Shown: in pieces, positions 49,428-60,900 of the stretch
Layout: each line of letters opens with the position of its first letter
Numbering within the stretch: the stretch's first letter is position 1
DNA from: Lingula anatina
Lineage: Eukaryota > Animalia > Brachiopoda
NCBI GenBank assembly: GCA_051362555.1
Contig: CM120644.1
Coordinates: forward strand, 14,654,534-14,718,533
DNA length: 64,000 nucleotides
Reading direction: 5' to 3'
Notes under the pieces: generated by a model
Told to the model about the DNA's origin: nothing
Seen by the model: only the letters and a program-made list of their open reading frames with translations
Database searches by the model: none
Position numbers and translations under genes: made by a program

Positions 49428-49811
49428 ACGGCAATATATTCATTCTAAGGTTTGTTCGTCTAAATTAATACTAGCCACGGTAGGCGAATTTATTGACAAT
49501 TCATCTCTTAAATCAAAGTATGATTACTTAATCCACAATGTAACATTAAGCTGAAGACCCAGTACTTAAACACCCCTGCTACTATCACCTGTAGACTAAG
49601 ATATAATGTGGTAGAGGAGATACTGCACAAGTTGTGGAATATATTGCTGTTGTTGAGACGTGATTGTGGTAGTTGATATCTAATTGCGGTTGTTGAGACA
49701 CAAAGGGTTCCTGTACTGGTTCCGATTGTAAACTAGTAAAGGTTCAACATGTAACACATACATAAACCCGGCAATATATCCATTTGAAGCTTTTTTTCGT
49801 CTACATTAATA

Positions 49812-50419
49812 CTAGCCACGGTAGGCGAATTTATGAATGTTACCTCTCAAATTCATCTCCAATATCAAAGTATGATTACTAAGTCCACAATATAACATTA
49901 AATTGAAGACCCAGTACTGTACTATATATGCAAGCTGTACTAAATCTATGTTAAACACCCCTGCTACTAGGTCAGTTGTATCAGTGTCATAACTGAATTC
50001 AGTCAGATAACAGCGATGAAATAATGTGTCACCACGTCTGTATTGTCTGTATTGTACATAGAGATAACCCAAAAATAGCTGATTAAGATGTACTTTGAAG
50101 TCCCCTTGAACACTGAACACCTCACCTGACCAGGTGTACATGTCAAGAGAGACAGCACATCTAATGGCGTCTGGGGGCGTGTACCTGCCACCAAGAGAAA
50201 TATAACTGGAGGAAGAACAGGTAAATTCCATTCTTAATATATTGTAATACATTACATTGGGAATATAATTCCGATAATTGTATGATAATGTATAGTGGAA
50301 TGGTGCTTGCAGCAGTTTGTGTCTCTGTACGTTGGTATAAAAATAAGGCGTCGTTACCGAGTCCGGATTGTAGTATTTACTCATCATAATACCTACCCTG
50401 TAATTTTTCGGGTACCTAC

Positions 50420-50420
<1 letters not shown>
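49812..50420 (-). other. Stop-free ~200-codon minus-strand reading frame in the conserved upstream block (function unknown, possibly a relic gene)
   Basis: Open frame ..MMSKYYNPDSV...LDMYTWSGEVFSVQGDFKVHLNQ...YWVFNLMLYCG..AYRG. Homologous partial frames at 13549-13905, 20107-20901, 33342-33539, 63358-63717. No recognisable domain. Confidence 0.3.
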
Positions 50421-50463
<43 letters not shown>

Positions 50464-50860
50464 ATTATTTTCATTTTCAGTTTTCATCCATTTCATAATT
50501 CAATTGATAGATTACAATAATTCTAATTATAAATCTGTTAGTTAAGTTTCATTTGTACTTCCGCCTTTCTTTTTTCTTTCTACTTTTTTTTTTTTTTTTG
50601 CTTTGTATATTTTTTCCTATAGTAACTTTTGTTACACACGCATAATAAAGAGGCTTATTTGGTTCTCTATAAAATTGAAGACGTTGCATGACTTTTCTTT
50701 CATGTGTTGGCACTTGTCTTACTTATTTTAACATGAAGTTGCATACCTTACATTGCATGTACTTAAATATGGCTTTTTGATGTTTACCTCCATTACCAAA
50801 TCTTCATCTTTTATCTGGTGTATTTCATTTCTTTATTTTCATATCTTGGTATTAGGAGCC

Positions 50861-52759
50861 ATGTCTCTGTCCAAGATCCTAACGGAAGATTTCCTAACAT
50901 GCAGCATATGCCATGAAAAGTTCAAAGACCCCAAGGTCCTCAGCTGTGCCCATACGTTTTGCCAGCATTGCCTCCAAGACCATTTGGACAGAAATTGTCA
51001 AGGCCAGTCTCGCTTCCCTTGTCCTCTCTGTGGACGTCAGTGTGTCCTCCCTGGAGGCGGTGTAAGTGCTTTACAGACAAATCATCTTCTGGTCAGTATA
51101 TCACAAACACATGGTCAAGTAGAACAAGTCAAGGCGGCCAAGAAATGCAAGATATGTTGCATGAAAAATGTCTCTAATCCACCAACGGCAACAAAACGAT
51201 GTTTGGACTGTGAGGAAAGTATGTGTGGAGATTGTTCTTCGGATCATATGCTTCATAAGTTCAGTCGTGACCACAAGCTGTTTCCTGTCGACCAGTTTGA
51301 CAGCGACGAATACGTGACAGAGCTGCGTGCCCGGCAAAAAGTCCTGTGTGACCACAACAACAAGGACCCAGTAGAAATATTCTGCCCTGTGTGTAAAAAG
51401 TTCATCTGTGTCGGTTGTATGGTTTTAGAACACCAGGGTCATGATTGCCTTAGAATCAACACTGCTGCCAACAAACGCAAGGAGAAACTAGAACTCAGGG
51501 TGAAGCCCATCGAGAAGAAAAGTCTACGGTACGATCACTTTAAAACCGCTGCTGAAGATCAGAAACTATCAGTAGAAGAGGGAAGAAAGAAGGCAAAGAG
51601 TCAAGTAAACAAGCAGTTGGAGCAAGTTATTAAGATAGCACGTCAACGTGCCAATGATCTTCTGGGAGAAATTGATGCCAAGTCAAATGCCAAATTAGAC
51701 ATTTTAAATGGTTTAATTGCAACTGCTAACGCCGAGCGAAACCAACTGGATGACGTTGTAGACTTCTCAAGGAAACTCATTAACCATGGCAACGATATAG
51801 ATGTCCTCCAAATGGCCTCGACCTGTGAGCAAAGCAGCGAGAGCGTTCAGACTCTCTACATCCCCACCCTGCCAGCAGTCATGACCCAACTACAGCTTCT
51901 CACCAACGACATGGAGGAGTGCATTACCGGAATTAACAGTTGCCTTGGAGACGTAGTTTCCGCAGCGAGTGGAAGACTGGTGACATCATTCAAAGTAGAA
52001 CTGGCCAAGTCTCCTGAAGAGATGATCAGTCACGTGACCACTGATACAAATGGTGATACCCTTATTGGTATATTTTGTAATGAGGACAAGTCACGGAATA
52101 GAATCCACATCTACGATTCAACCTTTGTCCTTCAGGGCACAATTCCAAACCCAAGAGCAGCAGAAAAAGACGCCTTTGCTGGGATTGCCATTGATGATGA
52201 CGGTAACGTCGTCACTAGATGCCAGATGTCAAATGAAGTCATTGTCTACTCCAAGACAGGAGACCGCATGAGAACTTTCCACAGTGAATCACCGGAAGCA
52301 GTAGCGGTAAACAGCAAGGGTCACTATGTAGTGGCAGGTCGCAGTACTCTAACTGTACACCACAAGGATGGCAAGGTCATGCAGACGACACCAGTCCCAG
52401 AGAGTAAATATTTCAAATACATCCACTGTAACGTCAGTGATGACGTCATCGTCAAAGGAGACAGTCACATCCGTGTATACGATTCCACTCTCCAGCTTAA
52501 ATACAGATATGGTACCCAGGGTGATGGAGACGGGCAGGTGAAAGGTCCGTGCGGTGCATGCTGCTTGGATAAAGGAGAAATCATTCTAACAGACCTCCAC
52601 AACTGTCGTCTACACTTCGTGTCACCAGATGGGAAATTCCGGCGATTTCTTTTAACCAAAGAAAATGGACTTGCTTTTCCGAAAGATGTTGCAATAAATC
52701 GTCTCGGACAACTGGTTGTTGGGGAGTATGGAGGCGAGATTAAATTCTTCGAATTATGA
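50861..52759 (+). CDS. TRIM-NHL protein, copy 5 (632 aa)
   Basis: Intact paralog; gccATG at 50861. Confidence 0.95.
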   Translation: MSLSKILTEDFLTCSICHEKFKDPKVLSCAHTFCQHCLQDHLDRNCQGQSRFPCPLCGRQCVLPGGGVSALQTNHLLVSISQTHGQVEQVKAAKKCKICCMKNVSNPPTATKRCLDCEESMCGDCSSDHMLHKFSRDHKLFPVDQFDSDEYVTELRARQKVLCDHNNKDPVEIFCPVCKKFICVGCMVLEHQGHDCLRINTAANKRKEKLELRVKPIEKKSLRYDHFKTAAEDQKLSVEEGRKKAKSQVNKQLEQVIKIARQRANDLLGEIDAKSNAKLDILNGLIATANAERNQLDDVVDFSRKLINHGNDIDVLQMASTCEQSSESVQTLYIPTLPAVMTQLQLLTNDMEECITGINSCLGDVVSAASGRLVTSFKVELAKSPEEMISHVTTDTNGDTLIGIFCNEDKSRNRIHIYDSTFVLQGTIPNPRAAEKDAFAGIAIDDDGNVVTRCQMSNEVIVYSKTGDRMRTFHSESPEAVAVNSKGHYVVAGRSTLTVHHKDGKVMQTTPVPESKYFKYIHCNVSDDVIVKGDSHIRVYDSTLQLKYRYGTQGDGDGQVKGPCGACCLDKGEIILTDLHNCRLHFVSPDGKFRRFLLTKENGLAFPKDVAINRLGQLVVGEYGGEIKFFEL

Positions 52760-53793
52760 GTGACTGTTAAGCTTACAATGGCCTCCAAATATGTGTTTAT
52801 GAATACAAACAATTGATTATTTGATAGCTTATAAAATGGCCATGTAAACACCTTGTAACTCTTACGTCACTTGGATCATGAGCATTATTTTTCAATAAAA
52901 GAGTCTAAGCAACCTGGTCGTATATAAAGACGAGAATTAGTTGCAGTTATATCACAGAATTTGAGGTAATTATGTATCACGTGTATTGACTTCGCAGTTA
53001 TATCACGGAATTTGAGGTAGTTATGTATCACGGGTATTTTAGTTTGCAAGTATTACCCATTGTACATATGCTCTTTCAAGCAAATTCTGTGATTCTTAGA
53101 AATGAAAACTGACGAGGAGAATTTTTTATACATATGTGTATATTACCGGGAGTGCAGGATGAACAGTGTTAATCGGGTCTCGAATATGGTTAGTTGTGAA
53201 CTACGGACCGTAAATTTAAATTATTGCAAACGCCAAGCGACAAACATTCATTCTAATCTGGATTTTATTTAATATTCATTAATTGCCCGACGCAGCTTCG
53301 AAACAGTTCCGTCTGCTTTCCCGTTTAAAAAGATTGTTTTCCAATCTAAATGACAAAATGTTTTCAGTATTATATTATTAATAATAAATTGTGATCGACA
53401 CACATACCTGTGAAGAAAGGAAATCTTTTATTTTAAATCATACATGTTATTTATTGAAGAATGTTATTTACTTTGGTGTGCTTTGTTTCACTAAACTCTC
53501 TGTAAATGTTTGCATCGGGTTGTGACCCTACCATCACGGTGCTCACGAAAAATTTGTAACCCTCAAAGTTAAGTCTCGGCCGTACACTGCATAACGTCTG
53601 CAATATTTTACTGCAATGTGTTTTTGTTTTTGAAGTGCCTGACCCTGGTACGTGCGCTGCAGTGCAAATGCGGCAAGTGCAAAAAAGTCGAATTGCATTT
53701 GCTACCTTCGGTGATTATAGATTTACAAGCAATTCTGAAGTGAAAACCCAAGTAATGTTGACTTTATTTTTCCTTGTAACGGTGACATGTAAC

Positions 53794-54952
53794 TTACATA
53801 TGCCCCCTAAGTCCACGCATTTGTTGTTTTTGACTGCAGTTTACAACTCTCTGTTTTTCCAAATGATACAAAACACTCCAAAATTTAGTCAGGTGTCTTG
53901 TGAATGGCCATAGGCATTGAGAGAAGACAAGAATCCTTCCTTATTTCTAGAGGTACTGTCATCCAAAAGTTTGGATTGTGGACAAGCTCGATTCCGTTTT
54001 CGTGCGCCAGTGTGGCCAGGTACACGTCTTCATTGAAGAGATGTTTCCAAAACGAAGCTGAATGGAGGATTCTGATGACTTGGAATGAGGCTACTGTAGC
54101 AAACCCTTACCGGAAAGCCGGATATTTATTTCCACTGTACTGTCTAAAAGACTGGTAATATTTTTGTGTTGGATTTCGAAAAGGCGGTTTCCTTTTCTGG
54201 TATAAAAAACCCGTAAATAACGTTTTCGTCTTGAATTTTGGAAGATCTTTCAAGTACCTGATAAACTCGCGGTAATTTGCAACAACATCGTGTCCGCACC
54301 TTAAGACAAATTTTGCACCTGCGCAGTAATCAATGGCCCATCGCATGGCCAGTAGTGTCTTTAGAGTGAAATTCTTGTAGCTGTCGTTAAATGTCATTTT
54401 GATGATATATTTGTGTTCAGAGTTTTCTTCTAATATCCCACGTTCTACGTCTGATTCATTTGTTTGGCCGACGACAAATACAGTTTTTATTTTCTCCCCA
54501 AGAACGTCTTTAACGCTCCCACACGTCTTTCGATACATGCCCCTGGTGACAAAATCACGAGGATCTGACATAACTAACACTAGGAGAAATACTTCGTGAG
54601 CTGTTTATTATGAGCTGTTTATTATGTACCTATATCTTTTAATATGGTACCACAGGTCAGAATCATTTTTCTTTAGTTCACATACAATCTCTGGCACCAT
54701 GCATTCCCCAAAACTAATCTGTTGACTGTCCTCTTTAACTAATTCTCCTGCAGGCCTCCTGCTGAGATTTTCCGAAGGTTCCATCTGTCTGTTTGCACCC
54801 TCATCTTTGTTTTGGACGGAGATATCGCCAGTCCTGGTGCAGTTCCAAAGAAAATACATCGCCAGAATATTGATAATCACTAATAACAAGGAGATACCCG
54901 ATCTGGTCTTCTTTCCACTGTTTGTTTTGCCTTGCACAACGCTAGAGAGCAT
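53794..54952 (-). pseudogene. GT31 copy 5, pseudogene
   Basis: Full-length homology, but with tandem TAA TAA from a 14-bp duplication/replacement at 54598-54625, a nonsense codon at 54107-54109, a 2-bp deletion near 53887, and an LTR element inserted 43 bp upstream of the ATG. Confidence 0.9.
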
Positions 54953-54995
54953 ATATGACACCGTTTGTCACTATATCTCAGTAGCTATTCCGTTA

Positions 54996-57900
54996 TATAA
55001 CACGCAGGGGTTATATAGGTTAAATAAAAGTCAAAGAAAAGGCATGTGTTTTTCACTGGATCTTGGTTTATTCACATGGATTCACAAGACACGTAAAAAC
55101 TAAAAAAGAAGAAAAGAAAAAGAAAATTACAACAATGTACTTACTAACGGTTATTTACGTGTTCAAATTTACTTACTCAAAAATTTATACATTTCAATAA
55201 TCACCAATAATAAATAACTAATCATCAATAATCAATAATAATCAATAAACAGTATTAAACTCACCATTTCTGCCATTTCTTTACACTATAAATTTCAAGT
55301 AGAAATAACGGATTCAAAAGTAAGAGTACTATGTGTTCCTCCTACGGAGACACTGTGATGAATGAAACAAAGTGCAAAACTCATGGGGCACCACCCTGAA
55401 TGAAAAGTTGTCATTTATGCAAATGAGTGCATTAGATGAGCCGGACATCAGGCTCCTCAATCACAACAAAAGTAAACTAAACCTTACATACCGGCCACCG
55501 AAAGGCGATTTAATCAAGATTCAAAATAGCCTTTCTAATCAAATATAAACACTATTTAATTTACTCAAAAAATGTCTTATAAAGTCATTGTCACTTAAAT
55601 GCATTGCACATTAAACAAAATTTCCTTCCAATAAACACAATTTTCGCACATCACGGCGAAAGCGTCCCTTGGCTGTTTTAACAATCACCTGGCGCACATG
55701 TCCGTATTTATCAGGAAAAGTTTCCTCTATCAATCCTTTAGGCCAATGACCACGAAAGGCATTTTCATCAATAAGCAAAACAAAGTCACCTTTTTGAAAG
55801 TTTTTTGCTGGTCGGAGCCATTTCTGACGTTCTTGAAGCACAGGCAAGTATTCTTTAATCCATCGCTGCCAAAATTGGTCTGCAATTAACTGCGCGTGTT
55901 TCCACTGTTCATTATATTGATCACGTTCTGTGAAATTGTCAGCGGACAAACAGGGATTCGAAAGCAACAACAGTAGTTGGTTAGGTGACAAAGTTTGTAG
56001 GTCGTAGTAATGGTCTGCTTTGACTACTGGGAACTGCATTTCATCTTCGGCACACCATGCACTTGCGAATGACTTTTTTCACTGTTGACAATCCACGCGT
56101 TATCCAAAATTCTTGACGTATCACAGATAACACGTGATATGCTCCCACATGTCCTTCTTTAATGTGATAGTGTCGCACAATGATTTCAGTGACGTGATGA
56201 TCGTGTGGAAGAATTTTCGGGTGTTTCCGTGAAGTAGATATCGCTGCATTCTGGAGACGTCCTCCTACACACAGAATCCCATCAATTTTGATCGGAGATA
56301 GCTTGCGCAATGGGCTCACGTATCCCTTGGAATCGGGTTTTTTGGTCATTGCAGATGATACAACGTTGCACTCTTTGGGAAATGATTTTGCTTGTACATA
56401 CATCACAATGGCATCAGTAGCAAGCGCGATTTCCTGTATGGTCCATTGTTTCTATCTACTGTCAACTGTCTCACGCGGGACAGTAAGTAGCGTTTGAAAC
56501 GCAAAATCCAGGCAACTGATTTCTGTAAAGTATACCACGATGATAAATGATGCAACAATCGCTCTACACCGTCCAATACTTCCGACGACGTAGTGACATG
56601 TACATGAGCTGATTTACATTTCACTTCTCTGTCATTTTCTGGAATTTCATGTAGATTATCTGGTTGTTTCGGCCAATGTATCTCGGGCTGATACAAGAAA
56701 GCTGGGCCATGTAACCAAAGCTGTATGTCATCACCGTAATCACTTCTGAGCTGTATTCCTCTCGAAGCGTAATCTGCCGGGTTCTGATCTGAATCAACAT
56801 GATACCACTGCGATGGGAATGAAACATCATGTATCATTTGTAAACGATTGGCAACAAAAACGTGGAATCTGGTCGCGGAATTCCGAATGTACTGGAGCAC
56901 AATCGTAGAATCTGTCCAGAAAACAACACGATGAATGGGCAGTTGTAGCTCCTCCATCATTTGTTTGTGAACTTTCGCAGACAATGTAGCAGCTGTCAGC
57001 TCCATTCGTGGAACAGTCACTGTTTTCAGAGGCGCTACACGTGATTTCCCCATGACAATGTTGCAATATACCTGCTGATTAATATCAACAAACCGCAAGT
57101 AGGAAACAATGCCGTAGCCGGATAACGAGGCATCTGAAAAATGGTGAAGTTCAATGGACTGAATATCTGCTAATTGAGCTGATTTGTAGCATCTTGGGAC
57201 TTCAATTGTTTGTAAATTGTCCAATCCTTCTCTCCACTGTGTCCATGCATTAAGATGCTCTGCAGGTAAGTCACTGTCCCACGCAATGCCTTCCCGACAC
57301 AATTCTTGGAGTATCTGTTTAGGTTTGAGAATAAGTGGCGCTGCAAAACCCAGTGGATCATATATTGATGCAATAAATGACTTAATACCTCTGCGGGTAT
57401 TCTTTACATCCCTTTCACGGACGCAGTATCCAAATGTATCCTTTTCTATTTTCCACTGTACGCCTAACGCATGTTCTATCGGCTGTTTGTCAAAGTTTAC
57501 ATTTCTGACCGACGGTGCTTGCTCTGCAGTGGGCACACTGGATAGAACTTCCTCCTGGTTCGATATCCACTTGGTCAGATGAAATCCACCTTTCTGCAGT
57601 AGCGAGGTGAGTTGAGTAATCACCATCTTAGCTTCATCAACGGTCTCTACAGACTTTAAGCAATCGTCAACATAGAAGTTTCTGTAGACAGTTTCAACGG
57701 TCTGGAAATCAAAGTCCTTTCCATGATCTTCTGCATTTTTGAGGAGAGCGTAGACTGTACAACTTGCAGAGGAAGTAGCACCAAACACGTGGACTAACAT
57801 TTGGTATTCTTCTGGTTGTTTGCTGAGATCTCCTGCCGGCCACCATAGGAATCGTAAGGCGTCACGATCATCAGGGTACACTCTCACTTGATGATACATT

Positions 57901-60900
57901 TGCTCAATATCAGCAACAATGGCTATCTTCTCCTGGCGGAATCTAAGGAGAACTCCAATGAGTGAATTGGTTAAATCCGGACCCTGTAACAAGGAATCAT
58001 TCAGCGAAACGCCTGCATATTTCGCTGCACAATCGAAGACAACTCTAATTTTGGACTTCTTTGAATTGATCACAGGGTGATGAGGTAAGTACCAAACAGA
58101 ATTGCTGTTATTATGCAGATTTCTGTGGTCAATCTTCTGAGCGTGTCCTTTATCAATATACTCCTGAAGAGCTTGAGTATACTTCTCTCGTAGTTTTTCG
58201 TCACGCTGTAAACGTCTTTTGAGCAAATTCAAGCGCTTTTCAGCTGCTGGCTTGTTATTGGGTAAGAGCTCGTCTGACTTCCAAGGAAGTGAAACTTGGT
58301 AATGTCCGTCAACAAATACCACGGACTCATCCATGATTCTCTTCGCTTTCCTATCTTCTAATGACATGCACTGGTTGCTGCTGACTGAAGACTCACTGAA
58401 TTCACTGTTGTAAATCTTGCTTAGTTGGGTAGAAATAGAATCGCAGCCTCTCAGAGAATTGTCACATCCGAGTACCTGGTCTGCGTGAATGAAATTAACC
58501 GTGACGTCACCATCATTTGGTCTTTTCATGGGACCTAATATAGTCCATCCTAAAATCGTTCGGATCGCGTACGGTTGTTTCTTATCGCCTCGTCTCTCTT
58601 CTATGCGCCAGTGAGCTTCAGGGTGATCATTACCGATGAGAATGGTAACTGTTTTGTCATCTAGCTCTGGCAGTTGCACATCTTTCAAATGGCTCCACTC
58701 TAAAATGTCCTCATTGTTTGGAATGTTCTTTTCACAGATGGGTAGTCTGTCGGTCGTCCAAACTTGATCTAGAATCAATCCTTGCTGGCTATTGATAGCT
58801 TTCACTTCTAGCTGTACTTCTTGTCCTTGGTTTACGCAACTTTCATCGTTAACTGTACTGACACTGTACTGGATAGGTTTCCCTCTGGCACCTAACTTTT
58901 CAGCTAAACTGTGTAAACATAAACTGTGATCAGATCCATTGTCTAGAAATGCATAAGTTTCAATAATCGGTCCACCATTGCCGCCGCTCACGGTCACTGG
59001 GATAATCTGTAGACTGATTCTTCTTCCTGTCGCTACCGCAGCACTCTGGACTGCAACTACGGGGTCAGTAACAACAGACGTAGCGTTGGCACCAGGCTCA
59101 CGTTGCAGTGCGGAGCTGTTGGCAGGTACACAGGGTGGGTGTAGTAACGCGTGATGTCGCTTGCCACATCCAGGGACTTGACACAATTGTTTCCATTGAC
59201 ACGTTCTCGCCGTGTGTGGAGGGTTGGACTGAAGACAATTGAAACACAGTTTGTTTTCCGACACAAAATTTCTCCTATCACTGTAATTCATTCTAGCAAA
59301 TTTGAAACATTGCTTGATAGTATGATTTCCAGAACAAAACACACACGGGTCTCTCTGGACTGACGATGGCTGGGACTTGTTGGAGTTACTGTTGCTTTTC
59401 TCGGCAGGGTGAACGTTAGTGGCTAGGGTAGTGGTCTTATAGGACGGGTTGTGACAACTGCCCTTTGACTTAGGTTTCACATCCGGCTTGGATCCTACCA
59501 ATTGTCCGAACCTTGTGTTGGCAATCTGTACCATTTCCTCCAGGTAATCTGCGAGATCCTTGAACTTGACCTCAATCCACTGATTCAACAATTTTCCGGA
59601 ACGTTTGGCCCATCCAGCTTGGAGATATTGCGGTAATCGCCGGATCACTTTTTCCAGAGTATCCATAGAATTCAAATCTTCATAGTATCCCATCTTGGAT
59701 GCTGTCATTTGGCACGTAGTCATGTCTCTTGAGAGCTTGGAGAGTCGTGTAACGTCTGACGCTTTAATGGGAGGACCTGTTACTATTTTCTCCAACATAG
59801 CTTTGATGATGATGTGTTTTTGTCCGAAATGAGTCTGTAATATGTTTCTAGCCTGGAAATAACCTTCCTCTGGTTCAAGTATGACACAGCTTTTTATGGC
59901 TTCTTTGGCTTCACCTGTGCAGTACTGTATGAGGTATGACAGTTTACTTCTAAAGTCTGGTACTCTTTGTTCAATATTAGTCTCAAAGTTTCTTATGAAA
60001 GTCGGGTATGATACCGGATCACCATTGAAATACAAGTACTCACGTTTGGGCATTTCTTGGTTCAGCGTGATTTCTTGTAAAGCTCGTTGTTGTTGTTGAA
60101 GTAAGTGTGCTACTTGGTCATTCATGGTAAGCTGACGTTGTTGCTCTATGGTAGACGTACCTATTGACTGCGCCGTCATAGGTGTATATTCCGTTGCATG
60201 TGGGTTTAACGTCATCGTTGGATCTGTATAGGATGGCACAATGTACGGTTGCTGTAGCTGTGACGGTTGTGACGACTGTGCTGCAGTAGGGAACTCCTGT
60301 GGTTGATTTGTCCTTGACATAGGTTTCGGTTGAGTGGGCTCCGTCTCATATGACACTCCTAATTGCTGAAGCTGTTGCGTGGAATGCGGGTGATGTGCAT
60401 TCATGCGTGACCGCTGTTGCTCACTCTGCTGTTGCTGTTGTGCACTGATATGTTGATGAGAAACATGATCGGAATTTGTCAGATTATGTGCATCAATAGT
60501 ATCAACGTTACCTTCTTCCATGGAATTAAAGTAGCGATCAATCGTGAAGTTGTGTTCCGATAAAGATGCGTCTTCCTGAATTTCAGCCTCAATTTCCCGC
60601 CGTCTCACCTGGGCTCGTAGGGAAAGCATTCTCATTTCGTCTTTTAGCTCTTGCTCGCGATACCGACGCCTTAGTGCGGTTTCCGCTTCTTCGAATTCCA
60701 GCTGAGCATTAGCAATAGCAAGCGCTGCTTTCGTCCTTTGGGATTCCGATGCCGAACGCAAACTGTTGGTTCTGAATCGTCTATGGGATAGTCCGAAATC
60801 TTGTAAGCTGCCGTGGTACGCCATGATGGAAATTTCAGTGGGATGATTGAAAAATGTTTTTACTTTATATAACACGCAGGGGTTATATAGGTTAAATAAA

